A DNA stretch of 64,000 nucleotides, taken from the NCBI GenBank assembly GCA_963730185.1, contig CAVSQW010000007.1, positions 320,001-384,000 on the forward strand, written 5' to 3'. The stretch is from an uncultured Gemmatimonadales bacterium (GTDB lineage: Bacteria > Gemmatimonadota > Gemmatimonadetes > Gemmatimonadales > GWC2-71-9). A program made the position numbers and the translations under genes. Under the pieces are notes generated by a model that did no database searches, was not told where the DNA came from, and saw only the letters and a list, made by a program, of their open reading frames with translations. This document shows positions 26,974-35,530 of the stretch, one piece after another; the first letter of the stretch is position 1; the number at the start of each line of letters is the position of its first letter.

Positions 26974-28713
26974 ATGAAGCCTTGGGCTTTTCTCGCCGCC
27001 GCGAGCCTTACCGTCGGGTGCGCCTCCACCGGGCATCTGGTCGGTACCCCGGACCCGGTCCAGCCCGAGTCCGAGCCGTCGGTCGTCCCGAGTCCGGTGC
27101 CGGTCGTGGCCGAGTCGCCGGCGCCGCCGTCGGTCACGAGAGCACCGCTCCCGGGCCTCGACACCGTCGCCCTGCAGAAGCTCGCCGCCGATTCCGCCCG
27201 CGACGCCGAAGTCCTCGAACAGCTCCAGGACGCTGAGCCGGCCAACGCCGATTCCGGCGCGGACCTCGACCTGGCCTCGCTGTTCGACATCAACGTCGCC
27301 CGCTACGCCGACAACCCGCGGGTCCACTACTACCTCGATTTCTTTCAGGGTCCGGCCCGCGACCGGATGACCATCTGGCTCCAGCGGCTCCCGAAGTACG
27401 AGCCGATGGTCCGCCGGGTCTTTTCCGACCATGGTCTCCCCGGCGATCTCGTCTATCTCGGCATCGTGGAGTCCGGTTTTTCCAACACCGCCGTGAGCCG
27501 CTCCCGCGCGGTCGGAATGTGGCAGTTCATGCGGGCGACCGGCCGGGAGTACGGCCTCCGGATCGACCGTTGGGTCGACGAGCGCCGCGACCCGGTCAAG
27601 GCCACCGACGCCGCGGCCCGCTACCTGGCTGACCTCACCGCGCAGTTCGGTTCGCACTACTTGGCCGCCGCCGCCTACAACGGAGGCGCCGGTCGGGTCC
27701 AGCGCGGACTCCGTCGCCTGGGCGATCCGCCGGCCGCCGATGAGGCCGACGAACAGGACCCCGCCGACGAGGCGATCGCCGACGATCAGTTCTTCCGCCT
27801 CTCGGACACCAGGTACCTCCGGCGGGAGACCAAGGACTACGTGCCGAAGCTCATCGCGGCCGCGATGATCGCGAAGCAGCCCGAGAAGTACGGCTTCCCG
27901 CCGATCCCCGACACCGATCCGTTCGCCGTCGACTCCCTGCCGGTGACCAAGCCGACCAGCCTGGAAGTCGTTGCCCGGGTCAGCGGCACGCCGCTCGACC
28001 AGATCGTGGGCCTCAACCCGTCGCTGCTCCGGCGGGTGACCCCGCCCGGCGCCACCTCGTGGATCCGGGTGCCGGTCGGGAAGGCCCTCGTCACCAGCGA
28101 CAGCCTGGCGTCGCTGCCGGCGGACGACCGAATCCTGTTCGCCTCCCACACCGTCCGCCGGGGCGAGACCATGGGCGGCATCGCGGCCCGCTACGGCATC
28201 AGCCTGGGTGAGCTGACCGACCTGAACCCGCGGGTCCACCCCCGCTCGCTCCGGGTCGGCAGCGAGCTTCGCGTACCCTCGCGCTCCGCCGGCCGGGTCA
28301 TGGCCGACGAAGTCGAGACCGAGCGGGCGCCGAACGGCATCCACGTGGTGCGCCGGGGCGAGACGCTGAGTGGCATCGCCAACCGGTTCGGGACCACCGT
28401 CTCCCAGCTCCAGGCGATGAACGAGCTCGGTCGCTCCACCTCGATCCGCTCCGGTCAACGGGTGGTGGTGAGCGGCGGCCGTGGGTCGTCGCGGACTCGG
28501 GCCAGCGCCAAGGCAAAGGCCCCCGCCTCGTCGCGGGCTCGGACCGGCTCCAAGGCAAAGGGCCCCGCCTCGACGCATCTGGTGCGTCGGGGCGAGACCC
28601 TGTCGGAGCTCTCGCGTCGTTACGGCGTGAGCGTCAAGACGCTCATGCGGCTCAACGGCCTCCGCTCGGCCAGCTCGCTCCGGGCCGGACAGCGGATCAA
28701 GACCGGGGCCTGA
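26974..28713 (+). CDS. MltD-like lytic transglycosylase lipoprotein with LysM domains
   Basis: Lipobox TVGC; VESGF, AVGMWQFM, DERRDP, AAYNGG, ETKDYVPK; three clear H.VRRGET LysM repeats. Confidence 0.92.
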   Translation: MKPWAFLAAASLTVGCASTGHLVGTPDPVQPESEPSVVPSPVPVVAESPAPPSVTRAPLPGLDTVALQKLAADSARDAEVLEQLQDAEPANADSGADLDLASLFDINVARYADNPRVHYYLDFFQGPARDRMTIWLQRLPKYEPMVRRVFSDHGLPGDLVYLGIVESGFSNTAVSRSRAVGMWQFMRATGREYGLRIDRWVDERRDPVKATDAAARYLADLTAQFGSHYLAAAAYNGGAGRVQRGLRRLGDPPAADEADEQDPADEAIADDQFFRLSDTRYLRRETKDYVPKLIAAAMIAKQPEKYGFPPIPDTDPFAVDSLPVTKPTSLEVVARVSGTPLDQIVGLNPSLLRRVTPPGATSWIRVPVGKALVTSDSLASLPADDRILFASHTVRRGETMGGIAARYGISLGELTDLNPRVHPRSLRVGSELRVPSRSAGRVMADEVETERAPNGIHVVRRGETLSGIANRFGTTVSQLQAMNELGRSTSIRSGQRVVVSGGRGSSRTRASAKAKAPASSRARTGSKAKGPASTHLVRRGETLSELSRRYGVSVKTLMRLNGLRSASSLRAGQRIKTGA

Positions 28714-28735
28714 CCCTCCACCGGTCTCCGGCGGC

Positions 28736-29437
28736 TCACTGCCCGCCGGCCGGCCGGTCCCTCACTCCCTTCATCACCGCCTGCGCGTAGCGCGAACCCG
28801 GCTGCACGTCCGTCGTGTCGGCCAGCGAGAGCACGGCGCCGGTGGGCCCCAGGTTGTAGGCCCGGAGCGCGAGCTCCAGGTCGTAGCCGAACTGCCGGAG
28901 CAGCTTGTGGAGGATCCGGAAGCCGATCCGGAGATTGGTGTCGGGATCGAGCAGCCGCCGCTCGGTCAGGGTGGAGTCGTACGCCAGCCCGGTCCGGAGC
29001 TGCACCTGGGTCAGCCCCAGGGCGTTGGCCGAGCTCCGAGCCCGGGACCGGAAAGCGCTCTCGACCTTGACCAGCTGGAAGCCCAGGGACGGATGGATGT
29101 CCTCGGCCAGGGCGGCGTCGTACACCTTGGTCGCCATGGCGAAGGGGACCTGGTAGAGCGTCGAATAGCGGGCCACCGCCTTGTAGCGGTCGAGCTCCAG
29201 CTGATTCACCGCCAACTTGCCGCGAGCCTCGTCCAGCTCGCCCATGAGACGCCCCACCTCGGCGTTGGCGCTGTCTACCACCGGGATCGGCGCGTCGGCC
29301 GCATCCGCTTGATCGAAGCTGGCAAAGCCCGCACCCGCGAGCAGCCCTCCGGCGACCAGCGACCCGGCGTGACCGAGCCAGCGGGCGATCCTGCTCCGCC
29401 GCCGCGCGCGTCGAATCGTCGTTCTCGTCAGAGTCAT
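28736..29437 (-). CDS. SLT-domain lytic transglycosylase
   Basis: GGAGGAG RBS; TM plus coiled coil; VKVESAF, ALGLTQV, LLDPDTNLRIG, ALRAYN.G. Confidence 0.85.
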   Translation of the reverse strand: MTLTRTTIRRARRRSRIARWLGHAGSLVAGGLLAGAGFASFDQADAADAPIPVVDSANAEVGRLMGELDEARGKLAVNQLELDRYKAVARYSTLYQVPFAMATKVYDAALAEDIHPSLGFQLVKVESAFRSRARSSANALGLTQVQLRTGLAYDSTLTERRLLDPDTNLRIGFRILHKLLRQFGYDLELALRAYNLGPTGAVLSLADTTDVQPGSRYAQAVMKGVRDRPAGGQ

Positions 29438-29457
29438 GTTCTCCTCCCCTTCGGTAT

Positions 29458-29949
29458 TCATGAGTGGTCGGCCGGTCGGTCGGCCGTCCACTCCCCGCTC
29501 CGCCCCCCGCGCTTGGCGAGGAGGCGGATGCCTTCGATCCGCATCCCGCGGTCGACGGCCTTCACCATGTCGTAGACGGCGAGGGCCGCCACCGCCACCG
29601 CGGTGAGCGCCTCCATCTCCACTCCGGTACGACCCGTCACCCGGGCGGTGCCCACCACCCGGATCCCGGGCAGCTCGGGCATCAGCTCCAGGTCCACCGC
29701 CAGGTCGTCGAGGCCCAGCGGATGGCAGAGCGGAATCAGCTCCGCCGTCCGTTTGCCTCCGCCAATGCCGGCCAGGCGGGCCACCGCCAGCACATCGCCC
29801 TTGGCGACGGTGTTGCTCCGGACCTGCTCGAATGCCTCCGGCGACATCCGGACGAACCCCTCGGCCACCGCTTCACGGGCGGTCACCGGCTTGGCGGAGA
29901 CGTCTACCATCCGGGCGCGGCCGTGCTCGTCCACGTGACTCAGGCCCAC
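29458..29949 (-). CDS. moaC: Cyclic pyranopterin monophosphate synthase
   Basis: [38 protein letters not shown]. Confidence 0.97.
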   Translation of the reverse strand: MGLSHVDEHGRARMVDVSAKPVTAREAVAEGFVRMSPEAFEQVRSNTVAKGDVLAVARLAGIGGGKRTAELIPLCHPLGLDDLAVDLELMPELPGIRVVGTARVTGRTGVEMEALTAVAVAALAVYDMVKAVDRGMRIEGIRLLAKRGGRSGEWTADRPADHS

Positions 29950-31028
29950 AGCGCCGCCAGCTCCCCGGTCAGATTGGCGAGCACCAGCTGGGGATTCACG
30001 TTCCGCTGGACCGTCTCGCGAGCGGTCTCGACCTTCTCGAGGGCGACGAGCATCCGCTCGGGATCGTCCACATCGCGCAGGGCCTCCGCCACCACCCCGC
30101 CGCGGGGCTTCCCGGATGCGGCGCCGGCTGCCTCTCCCAGTGCCACCGCCAGCCCATCAAGCAAGGCGGAGAAGTCGCCCCGGGCGGCCCAGGGACCCTG
30201 CCTGAGCGAAGCCTCGAACCGGGCCGCGCCCCCCCGGCGGACCGCGCCGAGGAGGTCGTCGACGGCCCGGGCGACGGCGTTCTCGTCGGCGGGAGCCAGG
30301 GCCCGACCCAGGGAGCCTTCGGAGGCCTGGATCCGGGCCGCCCGATCCCGGGCGCTCAGGTCGGGAGCCAGGCTGGTCAGCGCCTCGTCGAGCTCGGCGG
30401 CCGACAGCCGGCCCAGCCGGACGGGGGTGGACCGGGACCGGATCGTCGGCAGCACCCGGGTCGGGTCGGTGGCGGTCAGGATCACCATGGTGCTGGCCGG
30501 CGGCTCCTCGAGGAACTTGAGGAGGCTGTTCGCGGCCTCCTGACTGGCCTCCTGCGGCACGAGCCGGTCGGCGTGGCCCACCAGGACGACCCGGCGCCCG
30601 CCCTCCACCGTGGTGAGGGTGGAGAGCCGGAGGAGCCATCGGGCGCTGGCCACCCCGTGGATCGACATGCCGTCGGGCTCACCGTAGATCGACTGCTTCC
30701 GGCGCCCCTCCATCGTCTCGGCCAGCGCCTCGCGGATCTCCTCGACCTGCTTGTCCTGGTCGCCCGCCTTCGGACGGGGCAGGGGGACGAACCAGTGGAA
30801 GTCGGGGTGAGTCAGGTCGGACACCAGGCGGCAGGCCCGGCACTGCCCGCAGGGCTCTTCGCCGGGCGCCTCGCAGAGGGCCAGCTGGGCGAGCCACAGG
30901 CCCAGGCGCTGCTTCCCCACGCCGGGATCACCGGTGAGGAGCAATACCTGCGGCAATCGCCCTTGGGCGAAGGCCCGGGCGAGCTGTTTCCGCGGGTCGC
31001 GGTGGCCGAAAAGGCGGTGGGTCGGCAT
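29940..31028 (-). CDS. holB: DNA polymerase III delta' subunit
   Basis: [49 protein letters not shown]. Confidence 0.9.
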   Translation of the reverse strand: MPTHRLFGHRDPRKQLARAFAQGRLPQVLLLTGDPGVGKQRLGLWLAQLALCEAPGEEPCGQCRACRLVSDLTHPDFHWFVPLPRPKAGDQDKQVEEIREALAETMEGRRKQSIYGEPDGMSIHGVASARWLLRLSTLTTVEGGRRVVLVGHADRLVPQEASQEAANSLLKFLEEPPASTMVILTATDPTRVLPTIRSRSTPVRLGRLSAAELDEALTSLAPDLSARDRAARIQASEGSLGRALAPADENAVARAVDDLLGAVRRGGAARFEASLRQGPWAARGDFSALLDGLAVALGEAAGAASGKPRGGVVAEALRDVDDPERMLVALEKVETARETVQRNVNPQLVLANLTGELAALWA

Positions 31029-31080
31029 GACGGAACAAGCTAACGACTGCCGAGCCGGAATTGTAGCCGGACGAAACTTC

Positions 31081-31244
31081 CTAAGATGTTGTTTTTCAAT
31101 GATTTAGTGATCCAGGTCTCAACTTTGTTGTCCGATCATGGGACAATCGAATAGCTCGAAATACAAGTAAGTGCTCACTACTGTTTTGTACACACAAGTG
31201 CTCACTATCATTTACTGTGTAAGTAATTGTATAGAAACAAGTTA
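31081..31244. promoter_or_regulatory. AT-rich element with IHF-like inverted motifs, a palindrome and a 12-bp direct repeat
   Basis: TAA-N4-TTG-N5-(C/A)AA-N4-TTA at 31082-31106 and 31220-31244; TTGTCC-N7-GGACAA at 31128-31146; AAGTGCTCACTA at 31169 and 31196. Confidence 0.6.
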
Positions 31245-31425
31245 AATAGATGATTCAATGCTTATGGCCGAAATGAGAAGCTCTCAGGCTCGAGGTGCAC
31301 CTGGTTGCCGGCTCTCGGCGGGAGTTGGCACTCCGATCGACGGCCGTTTCGGTCGTTGGCCTGGGAGGTTGGCTGGCGCGATCCCGGCCAGGTCGAGGCG
31401 GAACCGGCTTTGGCCCGTGGATGTG

Positions 31426-31454
31426 TTGCTCGCGGGGGAGGGGTGGCATACTTT
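31426..31454 (+). promoter_or_regulatory. sigma70-type promoter of tRNA-Asn
   Basis: TTGCTC-N17-TACTTT followed by a GC-rich discriminator, 20 bp before the tRNA. Confidence 0.6.
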
Positions 31455-31474
31455 ACTCGCGCCTTTGGGCCCGG

Positions 31475-31547
31475 TCCCGAGTAGCTCAGTTGGTAGAGCA
31501 GCTGACTGTTAATCAGCGGGTCGCAGGTTCGAGTCCTGCCTCGGGAG
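31475..31547 (+). tRNA. tRNA-Asn (GTT)
   Basis: Acceptor TCCCGAG/CTCGGGA+G; D-arm GCTC..GAGC; anticodon arm GCTGA-CTGTTAA-TCAGC; T-arm GCAGG-TTCGAGT-CCTGC; CCA not encoded. Confidence 0.97.
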
Positions 31548-31881
31548 CTTTCATCGCAACGACTTGCGCCGGCGGAGACGTCGGCGTTTTGGTCTCCCGG
31601 CCACGAGTGCGACTGGCGACCGTCCCCAAATCACGAGATCGGAGCACCGCGAATGTCATTGGCGGGGCTTCTGCCGCGATGACTTGCCTGCCTTTGAGGA
31701 CGATCTCTGGTTGTCCAAAGGGATTGTGAGGCGCCGCGCCTGCCCTCGTCCCGACGAGCTAGTCCGAATTTCAACCCTCGGTCCTCCACTCGGACGATAC
31801 TGGTCCCGCGGCCACGTCTCTACTATTGGCGAGCGGTCTAACCGACCGCAGGCTCGAACCCGAACCCGCGAGGGCACGACC

Positions 31882-32061
31882 ATGAAAGACAGCATCAAGG
31901 ACCAGGCGAAGGGCAAGCTCCACGAGGTGAAAGGCACGATCAAGGAGCAGGCCGGGAAGATCACGAAGAATCGCGCGCTGGAGGACCGGGGCAGGAACGA
32001 GAAGGTGGCGGGAAAGGTCCAGGACGTCGTCGGCAAGATCGAGAAAGTCGTTGGAGACTGA
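31882..32061 (+). CDS. CsbD-family stress protein
   Basis: MKDSIKDQAKGKLHEVKGTIKEQAGKITKN..LE..G..EK..GKVQ. Confidence 0.9.
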   Translation: MKDSIKDQAKGKLHEVKGTIKEQAGKITKNRALEDRGRNEKVAGKVQDVVGKIEKVVGD

Positions 32062-32143
32062 TCACGGACTGATGCCCTGGAACCGCATCAGGGCGACCCA
32101 GGCGCAGATCGCGACCTATCAGTCAGCCAACTTCGGAGCTTCG

Positions 32144-32563
32144 TCAAATGCCCCTCGTTTCGGGCTTTCCGGCGTCCTTTGTTAGCGCAGCCTCCGTCGC
32201 CGGCGCCGACGCGGCCGTGAGGCCCGTCGGCTCGTCGGCCTCGCCGTCCTTCCGGTCGAGGCAGAGACCGAGGGCATCCAGACGCCGCTCGAGGTAGCCC
32301 GCGAATTCGCCGATCCAGCCCTGGACCTCCTCGAGCGGGCCTGGCTCCAGCCGGTACCGCCGCTGGCGCCCCTGTCGCCGCACCGAGACCAGCTTCGCCG
32401 CCTCCAGCGCCCGCAAGTGCTGTGAGATCGCCGGGAAGGTCATCCGGAACGGCTCGGCCAAGTCGCCCGCGGAGCACTCGCCACCTCGGAGCGTCGCCAA
32501 GATCGCGCGGCGAGCCGGATGCGCGATCGCGTGAAAGACGTCATTCCGCTGGGCCGGTCGCAT
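32144..32563 (-). CDS. ArsR/SmtB-family regulator
   Basis: DVFHAIAHPARRAIL, SAGDLAEPF.MT.PAISQHL..LE.A.LV, GRQRRYRL, RLDAL. Confidence 0.88.
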   Translation of the reverse strand: MRPAQRNDVFHAIAHPARRAILATLRGGECSAGDLAEPFRMTFPAISQHLRALEAAKLVSVRRQGRQRRYRLEPGPLEEVQGWIGEFAGYLERRLDALGLCLDRKDGEADEPTGLTAASAPATEAALTKDAGKPETRGI

Positions 32564-32590
32564 GCTCGCTTCCTTCCAGGTTTTCGGCAC

Positions 32591-33139
32591 CTAGACGGCA
32601 TAGGTCAGCACTACGTTGCCGCACGGGAACGCGCGGTGGTCGACGAGGCGCAGTCCGGCCTTGGCCGTGAACACCGTGCGCCCCCCGCCCAGGGCGACGG
32701 GGATGACGACGAACTGGTATTCGTTCACCAGTCCCGCGGCGCCAAGCTGGCTCGCAAGGTCGCCGCTGCCAAGGATGGCGATCCCGGGGCCGTCGGCGGC
32801 CTTGAGCCGGCGCACGGCCTCGACCAGGTCGCCCTCGAGGAGATGGGTGTTGCGCCAGGTGGGCCGAATGGTGCGAGACGCCACGTACTTGGTGGCGGCG
32901 TTCATGCCGGCCGCCACCGCGGGCATCTGCTGGGCGGCCAGCGGCGTCGGCCAATACGCCTCCATCATCTGGTAGGTCTTCCGGCCGAAGAGTAGGTCGC
33001 CACCGGCGCTCGCGTTGGCGCCGACCCAGTCGGCGAACTCGGGGTCGTCCCGCCCGGCATGCGCCCAGCCCATGCCGCCCTCCGCGTCCGCGAAATACCC
33101 GTCGACCGAGATCGACTCGAAGACCCGCAGCGCTCGCAT
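32591..33139 (-). CDS. Dihydrofolate reductase / RibD-C family protein
   Basis: SVDGYFA, LLFGRKTY, MNA.TKYVASRT, ILGSG.L, IPVALGGG, GNVVLTY. Confidence 0.9.
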   Translation of the reverse strand: MRALRVFESISVDGYFADAEGGMGWAHAGRDDPEFADWVGANASAGGDLLFGRKTYQMMEAYWPTPLAAQQMPAVAAGMNAATKYVASRTIRPTWRNTHLLEGDLVEAVRRLKAADGPGIAILGSGDLASQLGAAGLVNEYQFVVIPVALGGGRTVFTAKAGLRLVDHRAFPCGNVVLTYAV

Positions 33140-33168
33140 CCCAACCTCCAGGTAGAGGCCTGATATTG

Positions 33169-33218
33169 TTTAGTCATATCTTAAATGAAAGCCTGCCGTC
33201 TTAAATGACAAGCCTGCC
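33169..33218. promoter_or_regulatory. Putative ArsR operator plus a ~20-bp tandem duplication
   Basis: TTTA-N9-TAAA palindrome (33169-33185); TCTTAAATGA(-/C)AAGCCTGCC at 33179-33197 and 33199-33218. Confidence 0.55.
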
Positions 33219-33389
33219 CGGCCGATGCGGTCGCTCGACGCCGCGATCGCGGTTGAGCCGGGGTCATCCCTTGTTCATGGCGACCGAGGTAGATTATCCA
33301 CTTCATCATGACAATCCGGTTGGCGGACCGCGACGGCCGCCAAGCTCCATAGATCCGTTACCGACACCCAACCGACAGAGGAGGGAGCC

Positions 33390-34058
33390 GTGTTCGAGTT
33401 GAATCGTCCCGCGCACCGGCGCGGGTTCCTGGGCAGCATCGCTGCCAGCGCCGCGGCCGTGGGGCTGGGTCAGTTCCTCCCCCGGGATGTCGCGGCCGAG
33501 ACCGTCCCGTTCACCGGCGCCGATCCATCGTACCTGGCCTGGCTCGATCGGATCACCGGCAAGCACAAGATGGTGTTCGACGCGCCTGAGCCCAACGGCG
33601 GGATGCCGGTCGTCTGGCCTCGGGTGTGGCTCGATACGACCAACGGGACGTATGGCACCACCGACGACCAAAACAGCGCGGTGGTGATCCTCCGCCATGG
33701 CGCGGTGGGCTTCACCCTGTCCGACGCGATCTGGGCCAAGTACAAGCTGGGCGAGGTGTTCAACATCAAGGACGGATCGATGGCGGCGACCCGGAACACT
33801 TGGATCAAGCCGCTGCCGCTGCCGCTGCCGGGCACCGGACTCGAGGCCCTGCTCGCCAAGGGCGTTCTGATCGGCGCCTGCAACATCGCCTTGTCGGTGT
33901 ATTCGGGCGCGGTCGCGCAGAAGATGAACATGGACGCCGCGGCCGTGAAGGACGAGTGGGTCAAGAACCTGATTCCGGGCGTTCAGGTGGTCCCGTCCGG
34001 TGTGCTGGCCGTGAGCGGGACGCAGGAGAAGGGCTGCTCCTACTGTTTCTCTGGATAG
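33390..34058 (+). CDS. Tat-exported DsrE-like protein
   Basis: RRGFLG Tat motif; VILRHG, IGACN, GVQVVPSGV...QEKG; GAGGAGG RBS. Confidence 0.8.
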   Translation: MFELNRPAHRRGFLGSIAASAAAVGLGQFLPRDVAAETVPFTGADPSYLAWLDRITGKHKMVFDAPEPNGGMPVVWPRVWLDTTNGTYGTTDDQNSAVVILRHGAVGFTLSDAIWAKYKLGEVFNIKDGSMAATRNTWIKPLPLPLPGTGLEALLAKGVLIGACNIALSVYSGAVAQKMNMDAAAVKDEWVKNLIPGVQVVPSGVLAVSGTQEKGCSYCFSG

Positions 34059-34059
34059 G

Positions 34060-34237
34060 TGTGGTAGGGAGTAGTGATTCGTGAGTTGTGCCTGGGGAGT
34101 GAGTGGGGAGTAGGCGATCGGGGTGGCGGCGCCTGCTCTCGCCCACTTCCCGCCCACTCCCTACTCACTCCCGACTCGCGCCCTACTCCCCACTCACCAA
34201 TCACTCCCTAGTCACGACTCCCAACTCCCTAGTCCCT
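34060..34237. repeat. Inverted arrays of heptamer repeats (STRR-like)
   Basis: G(G/T)GAGTN units facing NA(C/G)TC(C/A)C units; perfect 16-bp IR 34099-34114 / 34182-34197. Confidence 0.8.
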
Positions 34238-35439
34238 CTTCGCAAGTAGGCCAGTCCGACCGTCATTGCCATCAGCCCGGCCGACGCGCCGAGGCCCAGG
34301 GCCCACCGGGGGCCGAAGCGATCGGCCACCCAGCCCACCAGCGGCGCCCCGATGGGCGCCCCGCCCATGGCCACCGCCAGCACGATCGCGATGACCCGGC
34401 CCCGCATGGCCGGCTCGGTCCAGAGCTGGGCCGAGCTGTTCGCGGTGGTGGTGAAGGTCTGCACCGAGATGCCCACCAGGACGAGGGCGAGGCTGAAGAG
34501 CGCGTAGGTCGGCATGACCGCGGCCAGTCCCAGTCCGATACCGAAGCTCAGCGCCGCCGCGACGAGCAGGCCCATGCCGGGGCGTTCCCGTCGCGCGGCC
34601 AGGAGGGCGCCGGCCACGGAGCCCACCGCCATGAACGACATCAGCACGCCATAGCGGGCCGCGCCGACGTGGAAGACGGTGACCGACATGGTGGTGATGA
34701 AGATCGGGAAGTTGAAGCCCAGGGTCCCGATCAGGAACAGCATCACCAGCACGGTCTTGAGGTCGGACCGCCGCCACACGTAGCGAAAGCCCTCGAGGAA
34801 ACTGCCTCGGGTTCGGACGGCTCGCTCCCGGACCTGGAGCTGGTCGAGGCGAAGCAGGCCGAGCGCGGCGATCACCGCCCCGAACGAGGCGGCATTGATG
34901 AGGAACACCCAGCCCGAGCCCACCACCGCGATCAGGAGCCCGGCGACGGCCGGTCCAATCAGGCGCCCCGCGTTGAACGACGCCGAGTTGAGGGCCACGG
35001 CGTTGGCGAGGTCGCGGTCGTCGACCAGCTCGGAGACGAAGCTCTGGCGGGCCGGGGCGTCGAAGGCCGACACGCAGCCGAGCAGGACGGCAAAGAGGTC
35101 GACATGCCAGAGCCGCGCGACTCCGGTGAGGATGAGCAGGCCGAGTCCCAGGGCAAGCGCGCCCATGGCGGCCTGGGTGGCGAAGACGAGCTTGCGACGG
35201 TCCAGGTGGTCGGCCGCGTAGCCGGTGAGGGGGAGAAGGAAGACGCGCGGGCCGAACTGGAGCGCCATCACCACGCCCACCGCGGTGGCATTGTGGTGGG
35301 TGAGCTCGGTGAGCACGACCCAGTCCTGGGCCGTGCGCTGCATCCAGGTGCCGACGTTGGAGATGACCGCGCCGCCGGCCCAGAGACGATAGTTGAAGCT
35401 CCGGAGGGATCGGAACGTTCCGGTCGCCCTGGGGCTCAT
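34201..35439 (-). CDS. MFS transporter (MFS_3 / EntS-like)
   Basis: SL..FNYRLW..G..ISNVGTWMQ..AQDW, FDAPARQSFV, NAVALNS..FN..RLIGPA, MRGRV. Confidence 0.9.
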   Translation of the reverse strand: MSPRATGTFRSLRSFNYRLWAGGAVISNVGTWMQRTAQDWVVLTELTHHNATAVGVVMALQFGPRVFLLPLTGYAADHLDRRKLVFATQAAMGALALGLGLLILTGVARLWHVDLFAVLLGCVSAFDAPARQSFVSELVDDRDLANAVALNSASFNAGRLIGPAVAGLLIAVVGSGWVFLINAASFGAVIAALGLLRLDQLQVRERAVRTRGSFLEGFRYVWRRSDLKTVLVMLFLIGTLGFNFPIFITTMSVTVFHVGAARYGVLMSFMAVGSVAGALLAARRERPGMGLLVAAALSFGIGLGLAAVMPTYALFSLALVLVGISVQTFTTTANSSAQLWTEPAMRGRVIAIVLAVAMGGAPIGAPLVGWVADRFGPRWALGLGASAGLMAMTVGLAYLRRGTRELGVVTRE

Positions 35440-35530
35440 CGGGCGTCGGAATCGAGCATCGTGAGGGTCATGGTGCCACGAATACTATCCGCAGGCTAGC
35501 TTTGATTCATCTCCATCCGAGTGCTCCGTA

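Noticed and set aside
31217..31247. Possible dif site (ends in GTTAAAT)
   Set aside because: The XerD arm reads ACAAGTTAAAT rather than TTATGTTAAAT and there is no XerC-like arm; it is better explained by the IHF-like motif.
33294..33302. DnaA box-like TTATCCACT
   Set aside because: Single imperfect copy with no cluster or unwinding element.
34060..34237. CRISPR array or IS terminal repeats
   Set aside because: Degenerate 7-bp units without spacers; no transposase or target-site duplication.
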